Part shown: positions 11,505 through 24,336 of the stretch, one piece after another
Layout: every line of letters begins with the position of its first letter
Position numbering within the stretch: the first letter of the stretch is position 1
Assembly (NCBI RefSeq): GCF_000189555.1
Contig: NC_017276.1
Strand: one strand, 5' to 3'
Length of the DNA stretch: 64,000 nucleotides
Source: Saccharolobus islandicus REY15A
GTDB taxonomy: Archaea > Thermoproteota > Thermoprotei_A > Sulfolobales > Sulfolobaceae
Program-made: the position numbers and the translations under genes
Notes under the pieces: generated by a model
The model's input: only the letters and a program-made list of their open reading frames with translations
What the model was told of the DNA's origin: nothing
Databases searched by the model: none

Positions 11505-12350
11505 AGGTATAGGTTTAGCAATAGCCAAACGTTTTTTAGAAGAGGGCGCGAAAGTAATTATTTCATCTCATGAAGAATCAAATCTAATAAAAGCCTACAA
11601 TAAACTAAGGGAGATTTATGGTGACAATGTAAGTTATATAAAGGCAGATTTGACGAATCCACAAGAAGTTAAGTATCTAGTTCATGAAGGATATAGAAAA
11701 CTTGGAGGCTTAGAGGTTTTAGCTTACGTTACCGGTAGTCCAAAACCTGGAAATTTATTTTCCTTAACAGATAGGGATTGGATAGACGCTTTTAACCTAC
11801 TTTTACTCAGTGCAGTTATTGCAGTCAGAGAAGCTGGTCAGCTAATGCAAAGCGGAGGTAGGATAATTCTATCTACATCAACCACATTAAGGCAACCTAT
11901 AGATAACCTCGATTTATCAAATGTTGTGAGACTCTCATTAGCAGGCTTAATTAAGGTTGCGTCAAGGGAACTGGGACCTAAAGGAATTTTAGTAAATGGA
12001 ATAATGCCTGGTTGGACAAAGACGGAAAGGCTGCTTCAGATTGTAAGAGATAGAGCGATGAGGGATAGTAAAAGTGAAGAGGAAGTTCTTAAGGCGATTG
12101 TCGCTGATGTACCTCTTGGTAGAGCAGGAGAACCAGAAGAGATTGCTAACGTTGTAATATTTTTGGCATCCAATCTTGCTACTTATGTTAACGGCACCTT
12201 AATACCAGTAGATGGAGGTAGCATAAAAGGAGTCTTTTAAGCGTTTTTGCAGATAATACTCCGTTTTTTCTCTAACAATAGATTAACGTTAAAGAAGCCT
12301 GCTAACGATTATATTTTATTCTGCTAAGTATTACCGTAGAGTGATCTGTA

Positions 12351-13838
12351 GTGAGGATTACTGAATTTTACGTGTCGAACTTTAGGAGTCTCAGTGAGGT
12401 GAATTTAAAAGATCTAGGTGGGTTTAACGTAGTCGTTGGCTATAACGGATATGGAAAAACTAATCTACTTTCATCCATCTTCTTATTTATTAAAAATTTG
12501 TCAGCCGGAATAGAAAAAAGGTCAGTAGAAGATAGGAATCAAGAGTTCATATTATTATGGCAAGGTTATGATGTTTCAAAACCTATTATGATAGGAGGAA
12601 AAGTAGAATTTTCGCCCGAAGAAGCAAATAAAATCGTAGGTAAAAATCAGAAGATAACATTAGAGATAGTAAATAAAATGAGGTATAATAATAAGTTTGT
12701 AGAATGGAATTTGGATACTCTTTATATAAACGGATCTCCTCCGGGAGAGGACGATTTGAAGGTTGCAAAGAAATTGGCTGAATACGCTTCACAAGCCATT
12801 GAGTATGTACCTATCTTCGACCAAGCGTATTTTGACGAAACGTTGAGGAGAATGACTGATATGAATAAGTCACCGATTAACTTAAGAAAGTACTGGTATG
12901 ATTTCGTTAATTTGGTAGCTGCAACAATACCAGAAGTTAAAGGAATGGAATTTTGGGATGGAAGAAGATTGGTACTTAACGTGTATAATTTGCCGATATA
13001 TATAGATTTGGCTGCAAGTGGTTTCCAGAGAGTCATACTTATGTTATTTATAATCTGGCTCAGTGGGAATAAGATATTACTAATTGAAGAACCAGAGGTG
13101 AATATGCATCCAACTCTTCAAGCTAAAATCATGAAATTAATTAAGAACTGGACGGATAATAACATATTACAGTCTTTCCTTACAACACATTCCCCATACA
13201 TCGTGGAAATGTCAGCGGATAGTTATGTCGTTATGAGAAGAGTTAACGGAAATTCCACTGCGATAACAGTGAAACCGACAGCAGATCTAAGGGGTACTAT
13301 AAGCTTGTTAAATGCCAGTTTAAGTAGTATCTTGTTTAGTAGGATTATAATACTGACAAGTGAGTTAGCAGAACCCTCTGTAATAGTGAATTGGTTAAAG
13401 AGGCTTAACATAAATGTGGAAGATAATGGTATATCTGTCTATAAAGTATCATCAGACTTAGAATTACAACATTGGCTCAAATTGAAAAATATGTTGAACT
13501 TGGACGTGATATTCCTTGGATTATGTGACAAGCTTGATATGACCTTAAAGGATTATTGCGTTCCTTTAAGTCGTGAGGTAGAGAATTTCTATAGTAAACA
13601 AGCCCTATTAGAGGTCTTGAGAAGGCTTGGCATATATCCAGATGAGAAGGAAATAAGAGATTTAGGCAAAGAGGAAAACTTGAGATGGATTATAAATGTT
13701 TTGAGAAAAAGAGGTATAGAGTACGAGAAGCTTAGGATGTCTATAGGAGAACTTATAACTAATGCTGATACGATTGAAATACCTAAGGAAATAGAGATAT
13801 TAGCAAATAAAATTAAATCCCTCCAAGCAACACTATAA
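12351..13838 (+). CDS. ABC/SMC-like ATPase of the OLD/AAA_15 type with a C-terminal TOPRIM-like domain
   Basis: SNFRS, Walker A GYNGYGKT, signature LAASG, Walker B/D-loop LLIEEPEVNMHP, H-loop TTHSP. Confidence 0.8.
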   Translation: MRITEFYVSNFRSLSEVNLKDLGGFNVVVGYNGYGKTNLLSSIFLFIKNLSAGIEKRSVEDRNQEFILLWQGYDVSKPIMIGGKVEFSPEEANKIVGKNQKITLEIVNKMRYNNKFVEWNLDTLYINGSPPGEDDLKVAKKLAEYASQAIEYVPIFDQAYFDETLRRMTDMNKSPINLRKYWYDFVNLVAATIPEVKGMEFWDGRRLVLNVYNLPIYIDLAASGFQRVILMLFIIWLSGNKILLIEEPEVNMHPTLQAKIMKLIKNWTDNNILQSFLTTHSPYIVEMSADSYVVMRRVNGNSTAITVKPTADLRGTISLLNASLSSILFSRIIILTSELAEPSVIVNWLKRLNINVEDNGISVYKVSSDLELQHWLKLKNMLNLDVIFLGLCDKLDMTLKDYCVPLSREVENFYSKQALLEVLRRLGIYPDEKEIRDLGKEENLRWIINVLRKRGIEYEKLRMSIGELITNADTIEIPKEIEILANKIKSLQATL

Positions 13839-13841
13839 ATT

Positions 13842-14087
13842 ATGGATCTTAGTATCTTATTCGATATAGGCATTCTCCTTATATTTATAGGGATAATTCT
13901 TCTTTTCGTAGGTATGATACGTGAAGCTAGCAATTCATCTGATAGGGATCAAAAAACACATGTTGGTGGGGTAATTTTTATTGGTCCGATACCGATAGTA
14001 TTTGGCTCATCAAAGGGTATAGCTAAATGGATGCTGATAGTCGCGGTAATATTGGTCATTCTAATGGTGATATTTTACATCTTGTAG
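13842..14087 (+). CDS. DUF131/TIGR00304-like small membrane protein
   Basis: GGVIFIGPIPIVFG motif between two TM helices. Confidence 0.8.
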   Translation: MDLSILFDIGILLIFIGIILLFVGMIREASNSSDRDQKTHVGGVIFIGPIPIVFGSSKGIAKWMLIVAVILVILMVIFYIL

Positions 14088-14108
14088 CGTGATTATGATA
14101 AAAAATTA

Positions 14109-15392
14109 TTAATCCTTTTTACGTAATATTACGAGTACTGCTACAATGATTATGGTAATTACTATAGAGATGGTAAATGAAAGATTAGGATTAATTACTT
14201 TGAATGGTAACGAAGTATTAGTATAGTTAAATACATTAGGATAGGTCTCGTATGGACTTATATAATTGTTACCAACGAAGCTTAGGCTAAAAGATGGAAT
14301 TTGCGTTGTGGAATTAATCATCTCAACTACTTCTTCCTTTATCAGTGTTCCATTAGGCGTGAAGTATAGAACTTGTTGTACTTGATTTTGTGAAATATTA
14401 CGAACGTACTGGTATGCTATGAAGTTTCCAATAGGAGTAGAAACTTTACTTTCACCAACTAATGTGAATACGTTATTATTCCACGTAATGTTTTTTGCAC
14501 CTACATTGAGCGTAAAACTGGTAGGTATGTTTTGAGGTTGGTTAATATATAATACGAAATTTACTGAATCTCCCAATAATGAAGCCGGCAACGCTAATTG
14601 TTGCCCAGCTCTCATCTGTATTTGAGTTATCTGTGCAGTAATAGTATCATTTCCCAGAACAATTGGATAACTTATTTGCAAATAACCTTCAGGCATGAGA
14701 GAGTTTGATAATGCGGAGTAGTTGTACACGGCGTACAAATACGATCTATTTAGGAAGCTCGTATATTGACTGTTGGCTATCGAGTTAAGCGGAATGGTTG
14801 ATAAGTTCGAGAAGGAATGCAAGATTAGTTCTAAAGATCTATTTTCTAATTTTGATACTATACCATTTCCAAGTATATTTACACTTATTTGTTGATTGTT
14901 TATATTTACTGAGTAATTGTATGAAGTATAGTTTACTCCATTAGTAATACTGAACGTCTTACCTTTATAGACTAAGGCCATCGTCTCATTTGGTGTTATT
15001 ATTCCATATGAAGTATTATAAATTAGACTAGGTTCTATGAAAGGATAATAAATCGATAATGGTTGATATAACAAATTTACCTCGTACTCTCCTTTCTTAA
15101 TATAAACATCATTTCCTAGTTTTAAACTACCGTTAGTGAAGTTCCCACTTATATTAACGTAAATCACATTTTGAACAAATTTGGTCACCTGGTAAGTTAG
15201 CGTATAATTATAAACATGTGTTATTGTCTTATTTGCAACAGTAGTACTATTTATTAGTTTTACAGTGTATGTCATGGAAGTAGGTATAGTTATGGAATTA
15301 ATGATAGTAGTGTTAGCTTGCGAAATTACCAATGACCCTAAAATTCCCCACACGGTTATTAAGGCCAAGATTGCAACTGTTGTTGATCTCAT
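14109..15392 (-). CDS. Cell-surface glycoprotein (signal peptide, C-terminal anchor)
   Basis: N-terminal signal-like helix, about 22 N-x-S/T sequons, C-terminal TM followed by RKKD. Confidence 0.7.
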   Translation of the reverse strand: MRSTTVAILALITVWGILGSLVISQANTTIINSITIPTSMTYTVKLINSTTVANKTITHVYNYTLTYQVTKFVQNVIYVNISGNFTNGSLKLGNDVYIKKGEYEVNLLYQPLSIYYPFIEPSLIYNTSYGIITPNETMALVYKGKTFSITNGVNYTSYNYSVNINNQQISVNILGNGIVSKLENRSLELILHSFSNLSTIPLNSIANSQYTSFLNRSYLYAVYNYSALSNSLMPEGYLQISYPIVLGNDTITAQITQIQMRAGQQLALPASLLGDSVNFVLYINQPQNIPTSFTLNVGAKNITWNNNVFTLVGESKVSTPIGNFIAYQYVRNISQNQVQQVLYFTPNGTLIKEEVVEMINSTTQIPSFSLSFVGNNYISPYETYPNVFNYTNTSLPFKVINPNLSFTISIVITIIIVAVLVILRKKD

Positions 15393-15439
15393 ACACAATA
15401 CACCACAAATTACTTAATATTAACTTTTATCGTTATTTT

Positions 15440-15865
15440 ATGGATAGGCCGCTCGTAGCTGTAGGTTGTCTTATCGTTGAAGAAAATAAGGTTCTTTTAG
15501 TTAAAAGAAAGAACCCGCCAAATGCTGGGTTATGGGCAATACCAGGTGGTAAGGTAGAGTATGGTGAGACATTAGAGGACGCATTGAAGAGAGAGATGAG
15601 GGAGGAAACTGGACTTGAAATAGCTGTAAGTGATATTATATCTATTGTGCAAGTAATAAATGAAGGTTATCATTATGTGATTCTAGACTTTGAGTGTAAA
15701 CCAATAGGTGGGAAACTTCGTGCCTCCAGTGATGCCTCAGAAGTAGAATATATACCTTTTAATAAACTGAAAGATATACCAACTACAAAAACTACCTATG
15801 ATATGTTAATTATGTACTTTAAAGGGGAAAAGCCACCATACTCCATTATTCAAATCTCCAAGTAG
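15440..15865 (+). CDS. NUDIX hydrolase (ADP-ribose pyrophosphatase-like)
   Basis: Nudix box [24 protein letters not shown]; probable start MDRPLV at 15440. Confidence 0.9.
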   Translation: MDRPLVAVGCLIVEENKVLLVKRKNPPNAGLWAIPGGKVEYGETLEDALKREMREETGLEIAVSDIISIVQVINEGYHYVILDFECKPIGGKLRASSDASEVEYIPFNKLKDIPTTKTTYDMLIMYFKGEKPPYSIIQISK

Positions 15866-17258
15866 ATTTATCCTTACTATCAAGTATTCTAACTCCAGCC
15901 TTTAGTAACTCCTCCCTTATCTTATCGGAGATTTCATACAATCTCATTTGCCTCAATTGATTTCTTATATCTACAACTGCGTCTATTACTTTATACATCT
16001 TATCGTAGGTGGGATAGAACTCCTCATCCATTACTCCAAATACCTCATTGAATTGGCTAAGCGCCTCGAAAGCTAACATAGCACCAAGGAAATCTCTACT
16101 ATACTGTAAAGTGGAGAATACTAATCTCACTATCTCATGTATATATGACAGGGCAGTGGAAGTATCGAAGTCGTTACTCATTGCCGTATGGAAGCTATCT
16201 AAATTATTAAGTATTTCTCTATATACTTTGATATCATCATCTTTTGCATAGAACTTAGGTCCCTCAGATATTATGTTTCTAATTATTGCCATTGAATCCT
16301 TTATTCTCTGCAACGCGGATTTTGCTTGCTCTAGGGCTTCTTCAGAAAAGTCTATCGGTGACCTATAATGGGACGTTAAGTACCAATATCTTAAAACTGA
16401 GGGTCCCCATTTCTTTATAGCTTCATTTAATGGTATTATATTGCCTAAAGATTTACTCATCTTTTCTTTTCTTATAGTCACAAAAGCACTGTGAACCCAA
16501 TATGAGACCCATTTCTCCCCAGTTAACGCCTCAGTTTGTGCTCTTTCATTTTCATGATGTGGGAACACTAAATCGGCTCCTCCTCCATGAATATCAAATC
16601 TCTCACCTAGATACCTAGTTGACATAGTTGAACACTCAATGTGCCACCCAGGCCTTCCCTTACCCCAAGGTGATTCCCAATAAGGCTCACCTGGCTTCCA
16701 TGCTTTCCATAACGCGAAGTCATAGGAATGCTTTTTCTCCTTAACGAATTCTTCTCCTTGATTCCATTCTTCTTTTTTAGTGTTTGAAAGTTCCCCATAA
16801 TCAGGATAAGTATCGACGTCAAAATACACACTACCGCTGGGTGCTACATACGCGTGCCCCTTATCTATTAGTTTCTGTACGAAGTTAATGATTTCCTTTA
16901 TGTGATGTGTTACGCGAGGGTGTATATCTATTTTTACTTTGAGTTGAGATAACATGTCCAAGTAATCCTTTGTGTAATAATTAACAATTTCATTCCAATC
17001 TTTTCCAGTATCTTGGGATTTTTTAATTATTTTATCATCAATATCTGTAATATTCTGAACCCTAATGACTGTATACCCTTTTAACCTTAAATATCTTGAA
17101 ATTGCGTCAAATACAACGAAAGTTCTTCCATGACCTATATGAACGTAATCATAGACTGTGGGACCACATACATACATTTTCACTAAATTCGGATTTATTG
17201 TATTAAATTCCTCTAGCTTTCTCCCTAGCGAATTATATATCCTTATTCTGAAGTCCAT
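15846..17258 (-). CDS. cysS: Cysteine--tRNA ligase
   Basis: [33 protein letters not shown]. Confidence 0.97.
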   Translation of the reverse strand: MDFRIRIYNSLGRKLEEFNTINPNLVKMYVCGPTVYDYVHIGHGRTFVVFDAISRYLRLKGYTVIRVQNITDIDDKIIKKSQDTGKDWNEIVNYYTKDYLDMLSQLKVKIDIHPRVTHHIKEIINFVQKLIDKGHAYVAPSGSVYFDVDTYPDYGELSNTKKEEWNQGEEFVKEKKHSYDFALWKAWKPGEPYWESPWGKGRPGWHIECSTMSTRYLGERFDIHGGGADLVFPHHENERAQTEALTGEKWVSYWVHSAFVTIRKEKMSKSLGNIIPLNEAIKKWGPSVLRYWYLTSHYRSPIDFSEEALEQAKSALQRIKDSMAIIRNIISEGPKFYAKDDDIKVYREILNNLDSFHTAMSNDFDTSTALSYIHEIVRLVFSTLQYSRDFLGAMLAFEALSQFNEVFGVMDEEFYPTYDKMYKVIDAVVDIRNQLRQMRLYEISDKIREELLKAGVRILDSKDKSTWRFE

Positions 17259-17270
17259 TATCAACTCACA

Positions 17271-18161
17271 CTAGTTTATTCTAAATAATTTTGAAGTTAA
17301 TTGTCTAGCTTTTGGTATATTATAGAGTTTATCCGGTTTTTCATTAATTTTTTTAGCCATTTCAAGTGATGTAACTCCAGCCAATGCTAGTAGGCTAGAA
17401 ATATTCTTTAAATCGTTACTAAAATACGGTTTTATAACTATTGAGTTTAATACATCTTCAGTAATTTTGTCTATTTCCGAGCTTTCAACAATGACTGATA
17501 CAAGGGAAGGTCCGTGAACATAGCTTTCTATTTCATTATGGTTTATCTCTGGTATTTCACCATAAAACGCAGGGTGCTTAGCGTTCTCATTTATTTCTTG
17601 TTTGAATCTTTTCGCTATTGCCAAGTATTTTGACGAGTAAATTACAGGAATTCTATTTATTAGCAATTCAGCCAATCTTGCCGCATCTGCCTTTATTTTC
17701 TCTTTAGCTTCTACTACTCCCTCTTTTAATTCAGTCTCATTTATTTTGATTCCTCTTTTTTTAGTAGTCATTTTTATTAAGGGTGTGAAAAGATATGGAA
17801 AAGCATATCTTGTCTGAAAACCTGATGGTACATTGATAAGTTTCAAACTCTTCTCTTTAGCAAACTTTTCAAGTATCCCACCAGACGTTATTATTATGAC
17901 TTCAGATCCAGCTTTTACTGCATTTTCTACATCAACTATTGTCTCTGAAGTAGTCCCAGAATAACTTACGGCTACTAATGATTCTTTTCCCGTGAACTTT
18001 CTCTTGAATGAAAGTTCAACGCCTAAGATATTTGCTATTTCTCCAACGATTCCACTTCCGCCAATTCCGGAGAATACTATGTTATCGTTCTTAATTTCAT
18101 GAATGGGAATTCTATATGCCTCATCAAACATTCTATCCCAATTAAGGTAAATTTCATCCAC
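17271..18161 (-). CDS. Bifunctional phosphoglucose/phosphomannose isomerase
   Basis: SIS motifs GIGGSG and [27 protein letters not shown]. Confidence 0.9.
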   Translation of the reverse strand: MDEIYLNWDRMFDEAYRIPIHEIKNDNIVFSGIGGSGIVGEIANILGVELSFKRKFTGKESLVAVSYSGTTSETIVDVENAVKAGSEVIIITSGGILEKFAKEKSLKLINVPSGFQTRYAFPYLFTPLIKMTTKKRGIKINETELKEGVVEAKEKIKADAARLAELLINRIPVIYSSKYLAIAKRFKQEINENAKHPAFYGEIPEINHNEIESYVHGPSLVSVIVESSEIDKITEDVLNSIVIKPYFSNDLKNISSLLALAGVTSLEMAKKINEKPDKLYNIPKARQLTSKLFRIN

Positions 18162-18591
18162 CTTTTATCACCACAGATATAGACATGGATGGAGGATTAG
18201 AGGACATGTTAACAGTTATCGTATCTATACCTAGCGACTTATTGTTTTGCTTTAGTACTATGATCATTTCCGAAACAGAGAACGCCAGTGAATCTATAAT
18301 ATTCTCTATATTTTCTGAAAGTTTACTTCTAGAGATCATCGAGAAAACCGCTGGTTGCACTAAGTAACCGAAGATTGAGTTAACTCGTTGTGATATTTGA
18401 AAAGTGTAAGAGAGTACATCATCCCATCTCTTTTCATCAATACTTTTAGAGAAGGATTCGAATAGAGATTTGGATTTTGACAATTGGTTTTTTAAGAACC
18501 TTAAAAGATCTAACTCATTTATTCCTAGTTCACTCTCATTTATTTTATTCAGCTCAGCCATAGTATTATCTAATCTTTCAACAGCTTTCAT
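18154..18591 (-). CDS. Hypothetical protein
   Basis: 145 aa ORF overlapping the pgi/pmi start on the same strand. Confidence 0.6.
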   Translation of the reverse strand: MKAVERLDNTMAELNKINESELGINELDLLRFLKNQLSKSKSLFESFSKSIDEKRWDDVLSYTFQISQRVNSIFGYLVQPAVFSMISRSKLSENIENIIDSLAFSVSEMIIVLKQNNKSLGIDTITVNMSSNPPSMSISVVIKGG

Positions 18592-18643
18592 GTGATATAT
18601 TTAGACCGTAAATATAATAAGGTTTCTGTGAATTTAATCAGTT

Positions 18644-19969
<1,326 letters not shown>

Positions 19970-20043
19970 ACCTGAGCTTTCTGGGTCTTCTTTCAGTATT
20001 ACCTCATATTTAAATATTACCATAATAAAATATGATATGAAAG

Positions 20044-21162
20044 ATGGCTAAAAAGTTAGAGCTTCCGGTATTACTAAAGGACATAATCTCAAACTATATT
20101 GTGAATTATTTAACCTCTTCCAGTAGTATGAGTCCTGGGGCAGAGAATCTAGTTGGGGAGAATGATAATAGTGGAATTTTGGTCTCTCCTTTGAATGAGT
20201 TTATTAAAGTTGTAAGCGCTGAATCTAATCAATCTTTAATTTATTCATTAGATGGAAGTAGTAGGAGTTTTATTTCGTCAAAAGGAATTATTAGCGTTGC
20301 ATCTGTTGTAGTTTCATCAACTATTTCTCCTATTTTTGGAGTATATCCTCCCATTTCTGGTTTCCCCGAATTGGATTTGAGAAAGCCCTTTTTAGCATTA
20401 GCATCATCTGCTCATCAGAGTCCTTTATTACCCTTCTTTTATAGCTCAGAATACGTTACAACCCTATCTCTAGACGGATCTTTCTTTACTTCAGTGAATT
20501 CTCCAGAAGAAATCGAGACTGAAATAAGGACTATTCTTGAAACCGAAGCTCTTAAAAAAATACCAAATGATGGTTCTGTTATATTAGATGGTCCATTAAT
20601 ACCCCCGTTGATTTTCTTGAGAAGTAAGGTTAGGGACGACGTATTGAACTTTCGTTTAGAAGCCATAAGGGGGAGGAATGTGATCGGTATTGTTAAGAGG
20701 TTAGACAAAAGCCGATTATTAATTTCTAGTCTCTACAAATTGTCATCCAAATTTATGGAGAAATTTAGAATAGATCCGAGGAGGTATTTCAGTGACGAGT
20801 CGTTTATACTTGATTTAATAAAAGCTAATTTATCACCTCCTTATTCTCCCATATCTTTAGGTCCCATATTGAGAAATATAGATAACACGCCAGTTTACGT
20901 TAATTACTTGATATATCCTCTCCACCCTTATGTTTATAAATTTGCCATATTGAGGGTAGAGAGTCTTAGTAATGATTCTAGAGCTATAGACCAGTTATCT
21001 TCATTAAAGTTCACTAAAGACGGTATTCCATTTGTACTCGCAATCGCTGATAGAACGGCAAAGGAGATAACCAACGCCATATTAAAGATTGTTATGACCT
21101 CACTAGAGAGTATGGGATTACAAGCCAGTTTTTACAGTAAGCTTGAGCAGGTGAGAATTTGA
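20044..21162 (+). CDS. NurA-family nuclease (paralog)
   Basis: SLDGSS, ILDGPL, IGIVKR, GIPFVLAIADRTAK; directly upstream of a HerA-like gene. Confidence 0.8.
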   Translation: MAKKLELPVLLKDIISNYIVNYLTSSSSMSPGAENLVGENDNSGILVSPLNEFIKVVSAESNQSLIYSLDGSSRSFISSKGIISVASVVVSSTISPIFGVYPPISGFPELDLRKPFLALASSAHQSPLLPFFYSSEYVTTLSLDGSFFTSVNSPEEIETEIRTILETEALKKIPNDGSVILDGPLIPPLIFLRSKVRDDVLNFRLEAIRGRNVIGIVKRLDKSRLLISSLYKLSSKFMEKFRIDPRRYFSDESFILDLIKANLSPPYSPISLGPILRNIDNTPVYVNYLIYPLHPYVYKFAILRVESLSNDSRAIDQLSSLKFTKDGIPFVLAIADRTAKEITNAILKIVMTSLESMGLQASFYSKLEQVRI

Positions 21163-22988
21163 GCTCAGATGTTCCGTTATACAACGATATAAAAGACAAG
21201 ATATCTAAGGCAAGGGCACTAGCCATAACGTTGGGTGATTTTATAGGAAAGGTTTCTAGATATGTTCCTAGCAGAGTTGATGAGGAAAATAATGTGGTTA
21301 ACGTAACTATAGATCCCAATACTTATTATAAGTATCCTTTTCTAGGTAAGATAGGTATCTTCTTAGGAGCTATAGATATAAAGACACTGTACTTTATTTT
21401 GCTAAGAGTTATAGGTTATGAAAGAAACGATGCCTCTTCTTTATTCATTGGAGATTCTAATGTATTAAATAATATTGGACTAAGTGATGACGAACCTGGA
21501 TCATTAATAACTAATGTTACTCTTAAATGTGAAATGCTAACTAAAGTAGACTTTCTTTCCTCTTCTGAGCCTGACGCTGCTGATATCATATTAGAGCCAC
21601 AATCACCTGTGATAATACCTAAGCCAGAAGTCATAGAGAGATCTCTAGGTACTACCAGAGGTTTGTTAAGATTAGGATTTTTAGACGTCGCGTATAGTAA
21701 GGTTAGAGTGAGCGCAAGCCTTGATGATCTGAATTTTCATATGCTTATATTAGGTACTACGGGAGCAGGTAAAACTTCATTCATAAAAGACCTAATAGCC
21801 GGACTTAATGTGGCTAATGAAGAGGGTAGTAAGATCTTTATCCTTGATGCAACTGGTGACTATTATCATATTTTCCTTCCTCCGGATAGATCAGATAAGG
21901 TAGTTATGAGGGGCGTAGAGGAGTTTAATCAACTTTATAGTGCAATAGTTAAGGGTATAAATCTCGACATCATTTACCCTGTCAGTAAATCGTGGGTGAA
22001 AAAGTATCTAGGTGGTGCCAAATCCGCTGGATCCATAGCGAAAGTGTACTTTGACATGTTTGTGAAACCAATTCTCAATCACTTGGATAACAAGGGTATT
22101 TCCATATACGCTTCCATAATAAATAATAAAATAATTATTTCCAATGCAGAATGGTCATCTCAAGTTACAATTTATCCAGTTTATTTTAGATTTAAAGATG
22201 TGAAGACAATTTTACATAGGCTTAATCCTTATTTTACTGAGCAAGCATCACATTTTATAAAAATAATGATAAGAAAAAAGGGTAAAGATATCGGAAAGCT
22301 AGAAGATCTGATAGATTTATTTAATGAGAATAGCCTGGAAGGTGTAGAAATTCATAGAAGCACAAGGGAAAACATAGTCAGAGGTTTATATTTACTAAAG
22401 GAGACCCAACTTTTTGATGTTGGTGTAGAGCGGTTTCCATTAAGCAAGATTCTTAAAGAGTCTTCGTCATCTACACTAGTTTTTGATCTATATAATAGTG
22501 AGCTTGATGATTTCTCACAGAAAATTTTAACATATTATTTCTTAGACCGTTTATTTGAATTTAGAGAGAGGCAAATGCGAAGTGGAAACGTAAAAGGAAG
22601 AAACGTGATAATCATTGATGAGGCTCATAGGTTCTTTCCATCGTCTAAAGGAGGAGAAGAGGATACTAACTATATTAGAAGAGTTGCGGGCAAAATAGCT
22701 ACCATGATGAGATTAGGTAGGAGGAGGAAAATTGGTTTCGTGTTTGCCACTCATAATCCTAATGACTTAAGCGATATAATTATACAGTTAGCAAATACTA
22801 AGATTATATTTAGAATTAAGTCAGAAGTGGCTGAAACTCTAGGTCTATCTAAGACTGAGGCTAAGATTCTAAACTGGGAGAGAAATGGTGTAGCCTATTT
22901 GCTTACTCCTTGGCTTAGAGAAGGTAAAATTAAGATAAAAACTCCAGTGCCTCCTCCATTAGGTCATTATGATTTGTCTAAAACATAA
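21159..22988 (+). CDS. HerA-family ATPase (paralog)
   Basis: N-terminal HAS-like barrel, GTTGAGKT, IIIDEAH, RLGRRRKIG, ATHNP. Confidence 0.88.
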   Translation: MSSDVPLYNDIKDKISKARALAITLGDFIGKVSRYVPSRVDEENNVVNVTIDPNTYYKYPFLGKIGIFLGAIDIKTLYFILLRVIGYERNDASSLFIGDSNVLNNIGLSDDEPGSLITNVTLKCEMLTKVDFLSSSEPDAADIILEPQSPVIIPKPEVIERSLGTTRGLLRLGFLDVAYSKVRVSASLDDLNFHMLILGTTGAGKTSFIKDLIAGLNVANEEGSKIFILDATGDYYHIFLPPDRSDKVVMRGVEEFNQLYSAIVKGINLDIIYPVSKSWVKKYLGGAKSAGSIAKVYFDMFVKPILNHLDNKGISIYASIINNKIIISNAEWSSQVTIYPVYFRFKDVKTILHRLNPYFTEQASHFIKIMIRKKGKDIGKLEDLIDLFNENSLEGVEIHRSTRENIVRGLYLLKETQLFDVGVERFPLSKILKESSSSTLVFDLYNSELDDFSQKILTYYFLDRLFEFRERQMRSGNVKGRNVIIIDEAHRFFPSSKGGEEDTNYIRRVAGKIATMMRLGRRRKIGFVFATHNPNDLSDIIIQLANTKIIFRIKSEVAETLGLSKTEAKILNWERNGVAYLLTPWLREGKIKIKTPVPPPLGHYDLSKT

Positions 22989-23012
22989 ATACTATTGTAC
23001 TAAGTTAGACTA

Positions 23013-23402
23013 GTGGAGTCTAACTTAGAAAATGTTATAAATACGTTAAAGAGAAAGAAAGATAAGGAAGTTGTTATAGAGTTTTTGAAAACCGTTAGGA
23101 AATACTTGCCACCCTCAGACGACTTTTCCATAACATTATGGAAATCGGGAATTTATGAGTATATTCTAGATAGAAATGGTGTAGCAATTATGAGAATAGC
23201 TGAAGACGAGTATTTACCTTATATGTCAGCATATGAGAAAAGAATGGATTACTCACAACTTCCTGATAATCTTGTAAACAACCTTGATTGGAAAGGAGTT
23301 TTAAGGCAACTAAGGGATATAGCCTTGGAGTATGCAAAAAGAGATAAAAATTTTGACAAAATAGCTGATATGGTTAATCATGTCATACTTGAAAATCTCT
23401 GA
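23013..23402 (+). CDS. Hypothetical protein
   Basis: 129 aa ORF 24 nt downstream of the HerA-like gene, same strand. Confidence 0.6.
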   Translation: MESNLENVINTLKRKKDKEVVIEFLKTVRKYLPPSDDFSITLWKSGIYEYILDRNGVAIMRIAEDEYLPYMSAYEKRMDYSQLPDNLVNNLDWKGVLRQLRDIALEYAKRDKNFDKIADMVNHVILENL

Positions 23403-24336
23403 TACTACTATTGAAACATTTAGATTTATCCATTATGAACAATCTAACTTTTTAAATAGACTACATGGGGGTGACATGCTATTCTTTCTAGTAGAGGCTG
23501 GTATGTTGTCTGCTACTAAGGTTGCGATGGGTACTACGGTTTTAGCCTCACTTGACGATGTTATATTTAAAAAACCAGTTAAACTAGGCGATATAGTTAA
23601 AGTAAGGGCTGAAACGGTATATGTAGGTAATACTTCGCTTGAAGTAGAGGTCAGTGCGTTTGATAGAGATGAAGAAGTTGTTTCAGCTTACGCTACATAC
23701 GTTAAAGTTGACGATTTGCTAAGGCCCGCTCCAGTTAACGTAAAGATCACAGCAGAAAGCGAAGATGATAAGAGAAAAATGGATGAGGCTAAGAGGAGAA
23801 GAGAGAATAGGCTATCTAAAATACTAAATAGGCAGAAGATGAGGTTTTATGTGGATGATATCACTGATGGATTAAGATATAGGATAAGCAATGTGGTCCA
23901 CGTATCCCCAGAGTTAACATATGATGGCAGAATAATGTCAGCTGGTAAACTACTGAAACTTATGGATGATCTTGGAGGGATAATTTGTTTAAACTATATA
24001 AACTATAATAGTAAAAATATTTATGATAATGTTTTCAACGCCGTAGTCACAGTAGCGGTAAAGGGATTAGCGTTTTACTCTCCCATAAGACTTAATGATA
24101 TTGTAACAATCAGAGCAGGACTTATTTATGTAGGTAATACTTCTGCCGACATCTTAATTAACGTAATTAGAGAAGATGTAAATGGTACAAAGGAACACGT
24201 AGCTACTGCATATTTTACATATGTTAGAGTTGATAAGGAAGGAAAACCCATTAAAATGCCAGAATATGTACCCGTTACGGAAAGAGAAAAAAGACTTCAT
24301 GAAGAAGCACTAACACGTAGAGGTTTGCGTAAATAA
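23380..24336 (+). CDS. Acyl-CoA thioesterase (double hotdog)
   Basis: NRLHGG..., YVGNTS repeated twice, TYVKVD / TYVRVD. Confidence 0.88.
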   Translation: MSYLKISDTTIETFRFIHYEQSNFLNRLHGGDMLFFLVEAGMLSATKVAMGTTVLASLDDVIFKKPVKLGDIVKVRAETVYVGNTSLEVEVSAFDRDEEVVSAYATYVKVDDLLRPAPVNVKITAESEDDKRKMDEAKRRRENRLSKILNRQKMRFYVDDITDGLRYRISNVVHVSPELTYDGRIMSAGKLLKLMDDLGGIICLNYINYNSKNIYDNVFNAVVTVAVKGLAFYSPIRLNDIVTIRAGLIYVGNTSADILINVIREDVNGTKEHVATAYFTYVRVDKEGKPIKMPEYVPVTEREKRLHEEALTRRGLRK

